From: the human T2T-CHM13v2.0 reference genome, Homo sapiens
Length of the DNA stretch: 64,000 nt
Assembly: GCF_009914755.1 (NCBI RefSeq)
Contig: NC_060927.1
Strand: one strand, 5' to 3'
The position numbers and the translations under genes are program-made. Positions 47,675 through 61,560 of this stretch are shown piece after piece. How positions within the stretch are numbered: position 1 is the first letter of the stretch; every line of letters starts with the position of its first letter. The notes under the pieces are model-generated. The model ran no database searches, was not told the DNA's origin, and was given only the letters and a program-made list of their open reading frames with translations.

Positions 47675-48599
47675 TAATTTGTTCACTAATGTATTATCAG
47701 TGCCTAAATCAGTAAAGGATTCATAATATTTGTTGAATTAATGAATCACTTAACAGTTTTATGGATAGAGGAATAATATTCCAAAGACATCTTCTTAGGC
47801 TTCTGAATTAATGCTACTGCTATTCACTATGCCTGAGGCGATGTGCACATATCCACGTGTCTCCAATGTTAAGAACAAAGACTGTCAGAATTCTGGCTAC
47901 TCAATTTCAAATCATGTCCTAATCATGTTTCCTAAAAGACACAACCAGTGCCAAACACTTCATTTTTCCCAGGTCAAGATACTGCTGATAATATTGATTA
48001 TAAAATTGAAGAAAGGTCTTTTAGGTTTGAAAATTAATAGCACAAAAGCATTTCCTAATTCATCCAGAGCATCTAAACTCACGCTAGTAAATTTTCTTGC
48101 AGTTAAAATTTTTGTGTTTTTTTGTTTACTCTTCACTATTTTTGTTTGCTTGTGCCAACAAAATTCCAGAAGTTGCAAGGCAGCAATTTCTTCCTTAGCA
48201 AGAGGAACACAGAGAATTTAGCCTTCTGTTCTAGTAAAACTTCTTTGTGTACATCCACATTGTATTTTTGTCATGAAATCAATGTCACTGTTCCTTTCTT
48301 CTAAATTCCTATAACTTATATCTTTATAACACCTGTAATGACTGTCATCATTTTGGGGCTACTGTCTTCATATAAATGATAAAACTATGCAATTGCCTTC
48401 TAAGAGGGCACTTTCCTTTTTATCTGTCCCAACTAGTTACTTCCCTTCACACCACTGCTTTATCAATTAAAAAGAAAAGCAAAAATAAAAACAAAAATAT
48501 CCTCTCTTCATCTCACATCTTTGTTCCAGATCTTACAATGACTAGTAATCTTTCTGCTAATCCAATCTGAGCATTCTGCCTTGGTAATTAAGATGTTTG

Positions 48600-48845
48600 A
48601 AGAACTTGGGATCAGAAGTCAGAATACTTGGGTTTGAATTTTTGGTTTTGAGGTTTATTATCTGCATGACTCAGGCAAGTTATTTGAATGCATTGTACTT
48701 AATCATCCTCATCTGTAAAATGGAGATACAAATAGCATCCATTTCATGAGAGAGGTTAGGAGGATTGAGGCAGTTAATATATGCATGGGAAGAATTTAGA
48801 ATGGTCACTGTCAGATGATAACTACAGACTTTTAGCTATCATCAT
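48600..48845 (+). mobile_element. MIR
   Basis: TGACTCAGGCAAGTTATTT...CCTCATCTGTAAAATGGAGATA. Confidence 0.75.
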
Positions 48846-49534
48846 CATCAGTATTAAAATAATTATTTTTAACTTGTACCACATGTTGGTCAAGCATTAT
48901 TTGCTATTTTGGGGAATGTATACTTTAATATAGATTCAGGCAATCTGCACAGCCAGGAACGGAAAGAAACTGGACTTAACAGTATTCTTTAGATTTGCTG
49001 GCACAACCCTATCGGCCTGTGTGTGATTTGGCTAATTGCGTATTCGGAGAAGAGCCAACAGTGACAGTTTACCCAATGAGAGGAAACATTCAGCTTTAGT
49101 CATCGCCCTGCTAAAAGAAATACTTTGATGCTGAGTCAGGAACTTTGGCTTTATTTAAATAAATACTGTTTCTTCCAGGGAGATTTTTTTTTTCCAGAAA
49201 TCCTTAAGAGAGTTTTTCTTTTTAAAAAAATCAGTGATGAAAATATCATAATTCAAAGCTAAAGTTGGCAGAAACTCCTTGGCTTTCTGAAAATGACCTT
49301 TGACCCAACATGGTAAAATGCATACCCATTTTATCTTTCTTCCACTAAACCCTAATATCACCACTCTGGCTAGTTCATTTTACTGTTTCCAAACTCTCCT
49401 AGTATAATGTTTGCCCCTACTATTTTGCTTATATTGCTTTTTCCTTTGTAGAAGTCTCTCTCTAATGTTTGGAGGTTAAAGTCATGTTTTCTGTGTCCCA
49501 AACTCTTCAATATCTCTAGTCACTTCAACGTTTC

Positions 49535-49990
49535 CATTTATTTACTTAGTTAGGCAACATTGACTCCATGCCCCCTGTATTTCAGGCACTGTTTTAGGAG
49601 CTTAAAATACAGGAGTAGATAATATATCAAGGGTTCCGGTCCTCAGAGGAGCTTGCATTAAAGTGAGGAAAATGCATCACTATTATTTATACAAATAATT
49701 AATTATAGATGTTATGAAAGAATGCTAGAACATTGAAATAGACTGTTGCTAGGAAAATCCTAAATGAGAAAGTGACATTTAAAGTTGAAAACTTGAAGAA
49801 TTAAGATGAATTATTTGAGCAAAATTCTAAAGATAAAGGGGAAAGAGAATGTTTGCAGCAATGAAAAGAATGATTTATGTAGAAGCAACAAGTTTTGAAG
49901 ACCATAAGATGGGAAGAATAATGGAACTATTAAAGAACTGAAAGAAATCCAGTGTAGCTACAGCTTAGATAACCAAAGAATAGCAAGGCT
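49535..49990 (-). mobile_element. L2 fragment
   Basis: TTCAGGCACTGTTTTAGGAGCT...GAGAAAGTGACATTTAAAG...GAAAGAAATCCAGTGTAGCT. Confidence 0.6.
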
Positions 49991-52173
49991 ATGAAAGTGG
50001 ACTATTGATGACTGGGATCTCTTCAAGAGTACATATTAGTGCACATTTGGATTCAAGATCTTGACATATAATAGTAGTACATATTCATTTTATTATGTTA
50101 TAATCTACATTAATTTTATATTCCTCCAAACAGTTAATGCAGATTCCATACAAAGGCTTTAAGATGGAAGCACAGATTTCTTGTCGTTTTTTTCTTTTGC
50201 TTGCCGCACAGGCATATCATAGCCAATAAATAATTACTTGTTGAGATTATTCTATAGGATTCCACTTTATCCTATTCAGCCTTGCTTGTTTTGTCTGTAG
50301 AAATGCACACACACACACACGTTTCTTAATATTACAAGGGCAGAAGAATTTTCAAATGAAATCCAGATAGCTGAGTAATTACTTGGACTACTTGATTTTA
50401 ATCAATGTAAAATATAGTAATATTCCATGACTGAAGATTATTGTTGAAACCTGAAATAAAATCCTCTGATGTAGGCATTATAATAAGATCCCTTAGGGTG
50501 GTTAAATTGTGTAAGTACTTAACGATAAAATAAAACCACATAATAAAAATGGTTCAGCTTTGGTGTTACCATTTTAGGATCACAGCTGTTATAAGTGACT
50601 GGTGAAAAATAAATAACCTATGCCCATTTTGTTATCTCAATTCAAAATTTCACAAGTTTAGGTCTTAATACCAAAAGCATAATAAAAGGAATGCTCTCAA
50701 TTTATGGACATGGAGTATATAAAAATAAGAATAGGGCCTACAAAACTCTTAACTTAAAGAGGTAAATTTTATAAACATTTGAACATTGAAATTATTCAGA
50801 GCTTTGAAGTACAAAAATGTAAATACATGTTTAGGTTAAAAATCCTAAAATGTAAACGTTTATAGTCAAAGAGAGAGAGCGAGAGAGAGAAAACACACTC
50901 TTGGTCTTTAACAACAAAGGAAACAATAAGTGCAAGGCCTGGGTCTTAGCTATCTGCATATCCTAGTGTAGGGCTCTTTCATGAAATATTCTCACTAGAT
51001 TAGAGCTCAGGGCCATTGTGCCAATCAAGAGTAAAGGGGCAAATGGAACCTTCAAGCTTTCATCCCAGGGCCTCATTTACCTACTAATTACTGATGAAAT
51101 CATTATAAGGACTCCATCAGTTAACACACCACTCATTTCTGTTAACACATGAATGCTGTCAGAGGCCATGGTGTGCTACTTAGGTTGCTATTTATCAGAA
51201 AATTTAAATGTGTTTCCAGTTCAGTTAACAATCAAAGGTCACTCTTCTTAAATTAGTCCAAGTAAAGTAAAGCAAACATACCAACATAATCCACCAATCT
51301 GTTCCATTACCTAGATATCTAAGAATTTTAAAATATTTTGCATTTAAGATAGGAAAATATGTGAAATGTTCAAATAGCCTTGCCCCTAAATTTAAAATTA
51401 TTATCTTCTTTGTACATGAAACTCAATTTCCTTTCCTTGTCTAAACTAAGGCAATACAAATTTTTGTAAATTTGCTGTAAATCTATTTTAGAGGTAAAAA
51501 ATGTTGCCTCACACATATATTTGGTTACAGATGTTATTATTACCAGTGAATTAGACAAGTTATTTTTTTTTCTCTTAGGAATTTAAATACATGTTAAATA
51601 AGCCTGCCAGTAAATGGTCAAAGAAGGCTAAGGGATAAATCAGTTAGGAGGTGAACAGAGTTGACTCTTCATCAACTTTATTTGCATGTTGAATACTTGC
51701 ATCAATCTGAAGTAATTTATTTTTCATACTTGTGTTCATTTCTTTTTAACAGAGTAATTTACTTTATATATACCTTTCCTTCATTCAGAAATGAAGAAAA
51801 TATCACGTAGCCATGTGCTGGATTCAGATGTACTAGTTCAAAAGAGCCAACTGATAGATTTTTCAGGGATATTTTGAGTTAGTTCTTAAATTCGTTGAAG
51901 TTACTTTATATAATAATGACTTTCTATAAAATTATTATTTTATATAATTTCATTCACAATAATGAATTTACTTAAATTCATTATTTAAATAATATAAATG
52001 TATAATTAAATATCTTATGTTAAAAACAAAGCTTATAAATTAATAATTACACATATTATGTTAAAAAAGCTTATGAAAGTAACAATTTTGTAATTGTTTT
52101 ACTTCATCGTTAGTATCATCTATGTCCTTGATATTGTTTTAGTATATTTTATTCATGTGCTAGAAACACTATG

Positions 52174-52817
52174 CAGGAGTGTGCTGCCAAGCATCTCTTC
52201 TCAACTTGACATTTGATGATGTCACATTAGTAGCCATGGTGCAAGTATATATGCCATGAAAATTGCAAAAAAAAAAAAAAAAAAGCCATAACAAAATCTG
52301 GGCTTAATTTTTTCTTTTGTTGATATTCTAGATTTAAGAAAGTGATGAAGAAAATATTTATAAAACAGATTAAACTTAAAATTGTGTTGCATCAGTACAG
52401 ATTACATTGTAAACAGCACACACATACATAAAGGGATAAAATATTCTTCCTTAAACAACTATTAACCATTTAAATAAACAAGTCATTCACGTGATTGAAA
52501 AACAAGTGAAGTTCTGGCATATATCTTTAGTTGTACACTTTTGTCTTACTTGTTACATAAAAAAAATCAACTAACTTTCATGTTAAAACTGGAAATACCT
52601 TCATAGGGTGGTTATGGATACAAAAGTCAGGAAAAATTAACAAAAATATTCTCTGAAAGTCAATTGACTATATGAAATCTATAATAAAATTATGATATGT
52701 AACATTATTACTTATAAGTTATGTTGTACACATCTTCATATCAGTATTATACTAAACACACACAAACAGCTTTCCTTTGGAGAGTCCATTATCAAAACAT
52801 TTACAACCATAAAACTG
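52174..52817. mobile_element. MER63-like hAT DNA transposon remnant
   Basis: CAGGAGTGTGCTG... start and ...GGAGAGTCCATTATCAAAACATTTACAACCATAAAACTG end, resembling MER63 termini. Confidence 0.45.
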
Positions 52818-54008
52818 ATTATATGAATATATAAAATATAACACTACAATATATAAATTTAAAGTATGTGATAAAGTAAAACAAAAGTAGAGGCATAAAA
52901 ATCAAGCCAAAAGGGAGACTTCAACAATAACAAGAACAACAGCAAAAATGATCAAAACCTATTAAATTTCTATAGGTACCTCAATTTGCTCTAAGCCTCC
53001 CTCTAATCACTTTGATGAATAAGATCCTGTGGTCTACTCATTCAAAATATTTATCAGATGAAAGCATTTCAGTTACTTAGGAGAAACTATTTTTGATTCT
53101 AAATGTGTTTTAGCCAGTTGGGTCAAATTCCTATCATTGCAGGTTATTATGAGTGACTATAAATGCATACAAACAAATACATTGAAAAATATTTCCTTCT
53201 ATCTCTAAAAGTAAAACATTTTTATTGTATTAACTAAATCTCTAAAAATTTTTGTCTCAATTTTCTGTACTTCGTCATCCCCTTGGGAGAATTCCTGGAA
53301 AGTTGCTCTTCCTGGATTGCCCGTGTAAGGAAGAGCACACTTCACAGGGACAGTTGATTTCAAAGTCCTTCAAAGATGGATTATCACAGATTGTCTTCAG
53401 CTTTGTTAATTTGGAACAATCCTAGAAACTTTACATAAAGTTGTATTAAAATTAAAGTACAAACTACATTTTTTTTCCAATTATATGTGTGTATACCATT
53501 ATTTTCAATTTTTTTTTTTTGGATCCTGAATTATCTTTCCAACTATTCCCTTCTACTGTGTCTACCCTGAGCACTGCATTATTGACTAAACTGAAATGCT
53601 CACCAGTTCTAGGATATGTCATACATTTAAGCACATTTTATTTTGCTTACGACATTTGTTCTTTTAGTTTAGAATACCTTTATACCCTTATCTGTGATCA
53701 AGGAATTTCTGTTTACATTTAATACTTAGGGTTAAGTGCTAACTCTTGATCCTCCCAGGAAAAGTTAATACCATTTTCTTCTCTGCTCCTAGAAGATACT
53801 TCTTATATATCTATTTTTAAGCATCTTTTAAACTCAGTATTTCAGTTGTGTTCATATCTGCCTCTATAACACTGAAGGCTCTTTAAGTTGAGGTCTAGGT
53901 CTTTGTCTCAACCAATGAGAGTAACAGAAGTGCTTTACATGGGTTCAATGGTCACAAATAAATACCAGTCCACATCAATGCACAGTGATGAATGGAGACA
54001 ATCACTAC

Positions 54009-55384
54009 TGAGAGGTGACAGCGTGCTGGCAGCCCTCACAGCCCTCACTCGCTCTCGGTGCCTCCTCTACCTGGGCTCCCACTTTGGTGGCACTTGAGGA
54101 GCCCTTCAGCCCACCGCTGCACTGTGGGAGCCCCTTCCTGGGCTGACCGAGGCTGGAGCCAGCTCCCTCAGCTTGCGGGGAGGTGTGGAGGGAGAGGCGC
54201 GAGTGGGAACCAGGGCTGCGCGCGGTGCTTGCAGGCCAGCGCGAGTTCCAGGTGGGTGTGGGCTCGGCGGGCCCGCACTCCGAGCAGCTGGCCAGCCCTG
54301 CCTCCCTGGGCAATGAGGAGCTTAGCACCCAGGCCAGTGGCTGCAGAGGGTGTGCTGGGGCCCCCAGCAGTGCCGGCCCACCGGGTTCTCACTGGGCCTT
54401 ATCTGCCTTCCCACAGGGCAGGGCTGGGGACCTGCAGCCCGCCATGCCTGAGCCTCCCCCACTCCATGGGCTCCGGCTCAGCCCGAGCCTCCCGGATGAG
54501 CACGGCCCCCTGCTCCACGGTGCCCAGTCCCACCGACCACCCAAGGGCTGAGGAGTGCGGGCACAGGGTGCAGGACCGGCAGGCAGCTCCACCTGTGGCC
54601 CCAGTGCGGGATCCACTGGGTAAAGTCAGCTGGGCTCCTGAGTCTGGTGGAGACTTGGAGAACCTTTACGTCTAGCCAAGGGATTGTAAATACACCAATC
54701 GGCACTCTGTATCTAGCTCAAGGTTTGTAAACACACCAATCAGCACCCTGTGTCTAGCTCAGGGTTTGTGAATGCACCAATTGACACTCTGTATCTAGCT
54801 ACTCTGGTGGGGACTTGGAGAACCTTTGTGTCTGGCTCAGGGATTGCAAACGCACCAATCAGTGCCCTGTCAAAACAGACCACTTGGCTGTCTGTAAAAT
54901 GGACCAATCAGCAGGATGTGGGTGGTGCCAGATAAGAGAATAAAAGTAGGCTGCCTGAGCCAGCAGTGGCAACCTGCTCAGGTCCCCTTCCACACTGTGG
55001 AAGCTTTGTTCTTTCGCTCTTTGCAATAAATCTTGCTGCTGCTCACTCTTTGGGTCCACACTGCCTTTATAAGCTGTAACACTCACTGCGAAGGTCTGCA
55101 GCTTCACTCCTGAAGCCAGCGAGCCCACGAGCCCACTGAGACGAAGGAACAACTCCAGACGTGCCGCCTTAAGAGCTGTAACACTCACCGCAAAGGTCCG
55201 CAGCTTTACTCCTGAGCCAGCGAAACCACGAACCCACCACAAGGAAGAAACTCCGAACACATCCGAACATTGGAAAGAACAAACTCCGGACATGCGGCCT
55301 TTAAGAACTGTAACACTCACCGCGAGGGTCTGCAGCGTCATTCTTGAAGTCAGTGAGACCAAGAACCCACCAATTCCGGACACA
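54009..55384 (+). mobile_element. LTR12 (LTR12C/D/E-type, HERV9) solo LTR
   Basis: Starts TGAGAGGTGACAGCGTGCTGGC, ends AAGAACCCACCAATTCCGGACACA. GC-rich U3, ~41-bp CCAAT repeats, U5 repeats of CTGTAACACTCAC. 4-bp flanks CTAC/TTAC. Confidence 0.95.
54690..54950 (+). promoter_or_regulatory. LTR12 U3 enhancer/promoter: five CCAAT (NF-Y) boxes, GATA site, AATAAAAG TATA-like box
   Basis: CCAAT at 54695, 54736, 54777, 54855 and 54904; AGATAAG at 54930; AATAAAAG at 54939. Confidence 0.7.
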
Positions 55385-55534
55385 TTACCTTTAAAATAGC
55401 TTAGAATTTTACTTCATAGTCCGTAATTGTCAACTATAATAGTATAGACAAATAGGAACACGTGGGTTCATTTTCCTCACAGTGATAGCAAACGGTGAAT
55501 ACATTTGCTAATAATCAGCTATAAGAAACCTTAC

Positions 55535-55721
55535 TGAAACCCCGTCTCTACTAAAAATACAAAAAAAAAAACTGGTCGGTCATGTGTGGTCGCAGCTACT
55601 CAAGAGGCTGAGGTAGGAGAATGGTGGCAACCTGGGAGGCGGAGCTTGCAGTGAATGGAGATTGCGCCACTGCACTTCAGTCTGGGGGAGGGAGCAAGAC
55701 TCCGCCTCAAAAAAAAAAAAA
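55535..55721 (+). mobile_element. 5'-truncated Alu (AluY-like)
   Basis: GAAACCCCGTCTCTACTAAAAATAC...GGCGGAGCTTGCAGTG...poly(A); TSD AAGAAACCTTAC at 55523-55534 and 55722-55733. Confidence 0.88.
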
Positions 55722-56163
55722 AAGAAACCTTACCAATTTAGAAAAATCCTAAGTTTTATGCAGAATTTTTTAATTGATGATTTTAAGGTAAAGCTTTGGA
55801 TAAGGGCTAGATATTAATAATCAAATGATAAAACCAAGGTAGAAAAAAGTTATTTTTTAGAAAAAATGTCAGGAAAAACTAAATGCCAGTTAGATTTTGG
55901 CATTTAACTATACTGTTAATATTTATTTTTCATTTTAAATTGAAAATGTTTTTTCAGGTAATAGTAATTTACCATTAGCTGGATAGTTTATTTTAGGGTT
56001 CTCTCCTATCCCTAGTAGAAACCCCAATGGGCTTAAACATCTTTACTTCTCAAACTTATAATAAAATTAGTATAGCATTTATTGATAATTTTTATACCCA
56101 GTTGCACTTATTTTACTTTAATTCAGTTAGCACCTATTTGCAGTAATCCTCAGTTACTTTTAC

Positions 56164-56298
56164 TTTATTTTATTTTTTAATAGAAATGGGGTCTTACTGT
56201 GTTTCCCAGGCTGGTCTGGGACTTCTGGGTTCAAGCAATCCTCCTGCCTTGGCCTCCCCAAATACTGGGATTATAGGCATGAGCCACTCTGCCTGGCC
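56164..56298 (-). mobile_element. FLAM/AluJ left monomer
   Basis: TAGAAATGGGGTCTTACT...CAAGCAATCCTCCTGCCTTGGCCTCC...GAGCCACTCTGCCTGGCC. Confidence 0.85.
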
Positions 56299-57281
56299 CC
56301 ACCCTGCATAAATCATAATTTATCTACTTGGATCAAATTAACCTTAGCAGTATTATTGTTCTTCCTTCCTAACACTGGAAAACTTTCCTTGAGTTTATCT
56401 AGGCCACATTGTCCACAAACATAAGCTAAATAGCGCCTAAGATACTTGCTTATTACAATTCTTACTGTAATACTCAGAAAAAATTATCCTACAATAAATG
56501 CAACAGAAATTGTGGCTTTTGTCTTTCTTCCAGGTGACTGCATATATTCTTCTAAGACACACACTTCATATTTGGCCATGTGACATATTTGGCCATGTGG
56601 CTGAATAATTTTCAGCCACAATGATTAATTTCACTAACTTTATAAACATTATTGGCACGTGGTTCTTATTTGACCCACTCTTATTTGCCTTTCCAAACAA
56701 CAGATGAAATGTTACAATGCTATATACATGTTGTATGAATTGTATAACTGAGAAAAATAAAAATTACAATTTTCCAAAATAATAAACAAAGGAAGTTCTG
56801 GCAATGTTCTGGTTATCTTCTACTTTCCCTTCCTCCACTTTCATACTCAACCCCTTGAAGGTTACGCTGATCAACTGGCTACCCTGGGGGTGGGGCCAAT
56901 CTGGTTTATATCTAAAGAACAGTGAAAAAAGGGAACTGAGCCAGATCCCTAAGCCCAAGGGACTTCTGGCTGCCTGAAGTCTTCCAGGCTATGGAGTGTC
57001 AAAAAAGTTTCTGAAATGCAAGAGTGTGTTCAAAGGACACACTTTTACAAGGCACACACATATTTTGCATTAGTGTTCCCTGATGTGTATTTGTCACTGC
57101 TTATATCTAAAGGTAAAGCTTCAGAAGATGTCTTCTCTCTCTGCTTAATGTCATGACTTAAAAGAAAAATTATCCATTTTGTTCAGCTTTCTAAATAATA
57201 TTAAGAAACAGCTAGTGTATCATATTTTGTCATCAAAATCATCCAAATTAGTGATTCCTTACAATTATTTATTTAAAATAA

Positions 57282-57612
<331 letters not shown>

Positions 57613-60600
57613 TGAAGATTATTATTTTAACCAGTATTATCTTCCTCCCTATTCAGAATGCTACAATATATGTTTTAAGATTCACCTAAAAATGGTATTA
57701 TATTGTCAATGGATAGAATATGAAGTCTTATTATTAAATGTAAACCTCATATTCTACAAAATATATTAGCTCATAGTGCCAGTTATTACCTGTCTAATTA
57801 GATAATACATAGTAAGTGTCTCTGTCTCAATACAAAATAACGGCAAGACAATCTATATTCTTGAAGACAATGTAGCAGATAATTTGGAAAAGTTTGAATG
57901 AGATATTTTATAGAATTCTGATTTTCCTCAGAAATAATTAGCTCTAAAAAATTTCAGTACTTTTTTTAAAATTTTTCATTTCTTGATTGCTATCCTAGCC
58001 ACTCCTAGCATCTCTAGGCAGGGCACTGAACTGAAAGGGAAACTTAGATTCTTCTTTCAAACCAGCAGAATAATAAACTTACGTTTCAAAGACAGTGCAA
58101 ATACAGGGTTGTGTCCACTATGAAATTGTTGAACTTGGTACTTCTATTGATCTTTATTAGTTGCTACCATTTTGGAGTCAGAATTCTCAGTGCTTTGCCA
58201 ACAAGTGCATTGCCTCAGATGGAGTGCTGTTCCAGCACAGACCAGACCCCTTTCTAGTAACCTTCTCCTCCCTACAAGGTCAAGGGGCTAGGGATATATA
58301 GGATGGGCGGACCCTCCTACCCCAACCTTTCCCCTGCCACCCTTCACTTCTGTCACTCATGGGTCCCAATCCACTCCTCCCCCACTTTAAAAGGCTACAG
58401 AGAATGATTTCCTCTCATGGACTGAAGGACAACATTACAGAGCTATCTTATCTTACACTCAGAAGAAATCTAAGCCATTTGAGGAAGTTAAGAATGGCTT
58501 TGATTACTGAAGCTATTTCTTTCCCATAAATTGAACATGGCATAAGAGCATTCTTGAACTTGCTCAGAGAATCTGCCCTCACCTTTGCCCTTCTTGGTTT
58601 TCTAGAAAGGATTACTGGCTTCTGCTGCCTAGGGTCCTCCCTGAATTACCTTTTTAATCATTACAACTTGATGCTTATTCTTAAAGGTTATATATAAACA
58701 TAAAAACTCTATTTTACTTTAGTTCTGAACTCACTTATAATTTAAGAAATTATATCTTCAATTTCCTTTTCAGAATTAAGATTCTTTTTGAGAAACATTT
58801 GTCTTACTGTGTACAAGATCATGTGGCCAATTAACAAGCTCTCTTTTACCTGCAAAGGTGAGAAACATTTTAAAGTAGAAAAATAAATCATTACTAAAAA
58901 TTGCAATGGAAGTTATTAGCTTTTACCTCAATTTTTGACAATTTGACTTTAGTTGCCTGCTCATATGTATATCTATCTATCTAAAGAAAAACATTGGCTG
59001 GTAAAAGATGCTTACTCAATAACACTGTACATGTTTTGTTCCTTTTTCAAGAGTTCCTATTTGTTTATTTAGAATATGAAAATGTAATGAACAAAACTAG
59101 TGTTGAGAGTAATCCATTTTAGAGAATCTGAAGTATGTTTGAAAAATAGCAGTAAATGAAGAAATTATTAGGAATTTATTCTGTAAAAGCCTTATAAGAA
59201 ATTAATTGTATACGTTTCTACAAATTCTCCCAATGTGCATAAACATCCGCATAAGGAAATAGGAATTAGTACCCTGGGCTCTTTTTCCTCATTTGATTAA
59301 CATGCTTATTTTAGGGAAAAATAAAAAAAACACACACTGGTGAAAGATATGGCTTTTGAATGAAACAGAGGGGAAAAGAAACCCACAGTGTCACAGATGG
59401 CTGTCAGAATAAAATGAAGCATGAGTCTGCTGAGAAAATCAAGCATCAGTGTGAAATCCGAACAGAAAGGCACGGAGCAGAAGGCAACATTTCAAAAGGC
59501 ATTTGGCGCCAAGTGGCATTGTGAGGGTTAATTTACTGCCAGGAGCTGCTGGGCCTTTCATTCTCCAAAGACACACAATAGACAGATCCCCAAAGTGCCC
59601 ATCATAATCACAGATGCTGGGGGATTAATGCTAAGATGAAAGCTTCATGAATATTAAAAATATCAAAACTGATAATGATGTAGCAGAGTTTGAAATAACG
59701 TTCAATCTCAAAATCTAAGACTATGGCATGCAGGCATAGTAAGACACTGTCTTTTAAAAACTGATTAAAACCTACTCAGTTTGTAACAGAAAGAAGCTTA
59801 TGCATATTAGGACCTGAATTGGCTGCCAAACTTTACAAATTGCACAGACTAATTACCATAATTAAGCCTTGGATTGAAGAAGAAAATTCCATTTATCTCA
59901 GCCTGACTCAGTGGAACTTCAACAAAGAAAACACTGACATCAGATGGGCTTTTCCCTCAAACGATGTTTCAAAGACCACTAAAAATAAACAAACAAACAA
60001 AAGAGGCCCCATCCTCTTAGAAGCAGGAATAGTAACCATTCAGTTTAAAATGGAGTTGAAGGAAAGAATTGTTCAATGTTACAGATACTAGTTTAGGTCA
60101 ATTTAGTCTACTGCACATGAGAAGCTCCATTTAAAAATAAAAGGAATTCCTTAATTAAAAAATCTGAATTATAAATATTTAGCTAAGAGAATTGACAAAA
60201 ACTGAGTGGATTTCAATTTATTTAATTGACTTAATAAATAGTTCTGTGATTTAACTGTGATTTAGAACTTAGTTGGCTTACTTTCCGGTAAGGATGAAGT
60301 TAGAATAACTTGCTAAATATCTTAACTGCCTCCTATTGCAGACATCAGTAATAACAGAAGTAAACCAGGTTAGATCACATTTTGTTTATTTTTAGACTTT
60401 CTTAAAACATTTATAAAAAGCCATGTCAGTGAATATAATGGGTATTTTCATGTGTTGACTAGCCTGAATTCAGTTAGTTTGTTAGTGAATCAGTGAACTT
60501 TGGGGAAAAAAATTATAATCATGAAAGCTGAGTAATAAAGTTGCTAGAATAATGAATACTTTTGAAGCTTGTTTCAGACACTGAATACCCAGAATAAAGG

Positions 60601-61357
60601 ATTTAAAACAATTACATCTGATTATGGGAAACATTAAGAGTAAACTAATTTTTAATCAGTGTTGAACATTTGGTTTATATTTTGAAATGAGTTGATCTTG
60701 AATTGGAGTAAAGCATTTGCACCGTTAGTTTACAATAGTTGCTTGCAGAGATTGTAAAACTGGCCATATGTTGATTTTATTGGTTGACATGTGGAAATGT
60801 TTTTGGTGTGCTTTCTCCTATATTTTAATAGTTTTAAAAATTCTGGTAACCACAGTTTTAACTTGTCCCCTTTCTTTTATCCAATAGTATCTTCTAATCT
60901 CAATTTACCCACTGCCTTGAGTCGTGACTTCTAGTAACCTGTTCTTCAGAGTTATTTAAGATACAAATATGATCACACTGTTTATCTTCCCTTCCTCAAT
61001 GATCAGTCTTTAGGATGAAGCCCAAATTCCTTAGCACAGCATACAAGGTCGTTGTATCTGGCCATAGTCTACTCCTCATTCTTCATTTCTTGTTAACTCT
61101 TTCTCATTTATTAATTTATTTCCCAAAATTAATTTATATTTCCTGAAGTTTTGAAGACCTTTATTTCAGGCACTGCCATAGCCACTGGGGATAAATACTA
61201 ACAAAACAAATATGACTCCCTGCCTCAATGAAGATTATAGTTAGGTGAAGGAGAAATAAATTTTTTAAAAATCTGTCTCTTTCTCCTTTCTCTCCCCCAC
61301 CACCAAAGACATGTGCATAGGCATATGTACTTTTCCACTTTCCAACTGCCAATCGAG

Positions 61358-61560
61358 GTGATAGAGCACAGTGGCTAAGGACATAAACTCTGAAGCCTTG
61401 TTCAAATCTTGGCTCCACTGCTTAATGACATTGACCTTGGGCAAATTACCCCACCATACCTATATACCATTTCTCAAGGGTTGTTGTGAGGATTAAATAA
61501 GCAAGTACATTTAACTACCTGAAATGGCCTGGCACATAGTAATAAAAGCCATTATGATTA
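61358..61560 (+). mobile_element. MIR nested in a minus-strand L2 remnant (~61160-61850)
   Basis: TTCAAATCTTGGCTCCACTGCTT...GACCTTGGGCAAATTAC...GGGTTGTTGTGAGGATTAAAT. Confidence 0.75.

Noticed and set aside
54690-55330. Regularly spaced repeats superficially like a CRISPR array
   Set aside because: These are the intrinsic U3/U5 tandem repeats of LTR12 in a human genome, with no unique spacers and no cas genes
54005-55383. Several 60-205 aa ORFs
   Set aside because: All lie within the GC-rich LTR12 and are by-products of low stop-codon frequency
56568-56600. 17-bp tandem duplication CATATTTGGCCATGTG(A) x2 (similar short ones near 19230, 26905 and 42740)
   Set aside because: Ordinary slippage micro-duplications with no further structure
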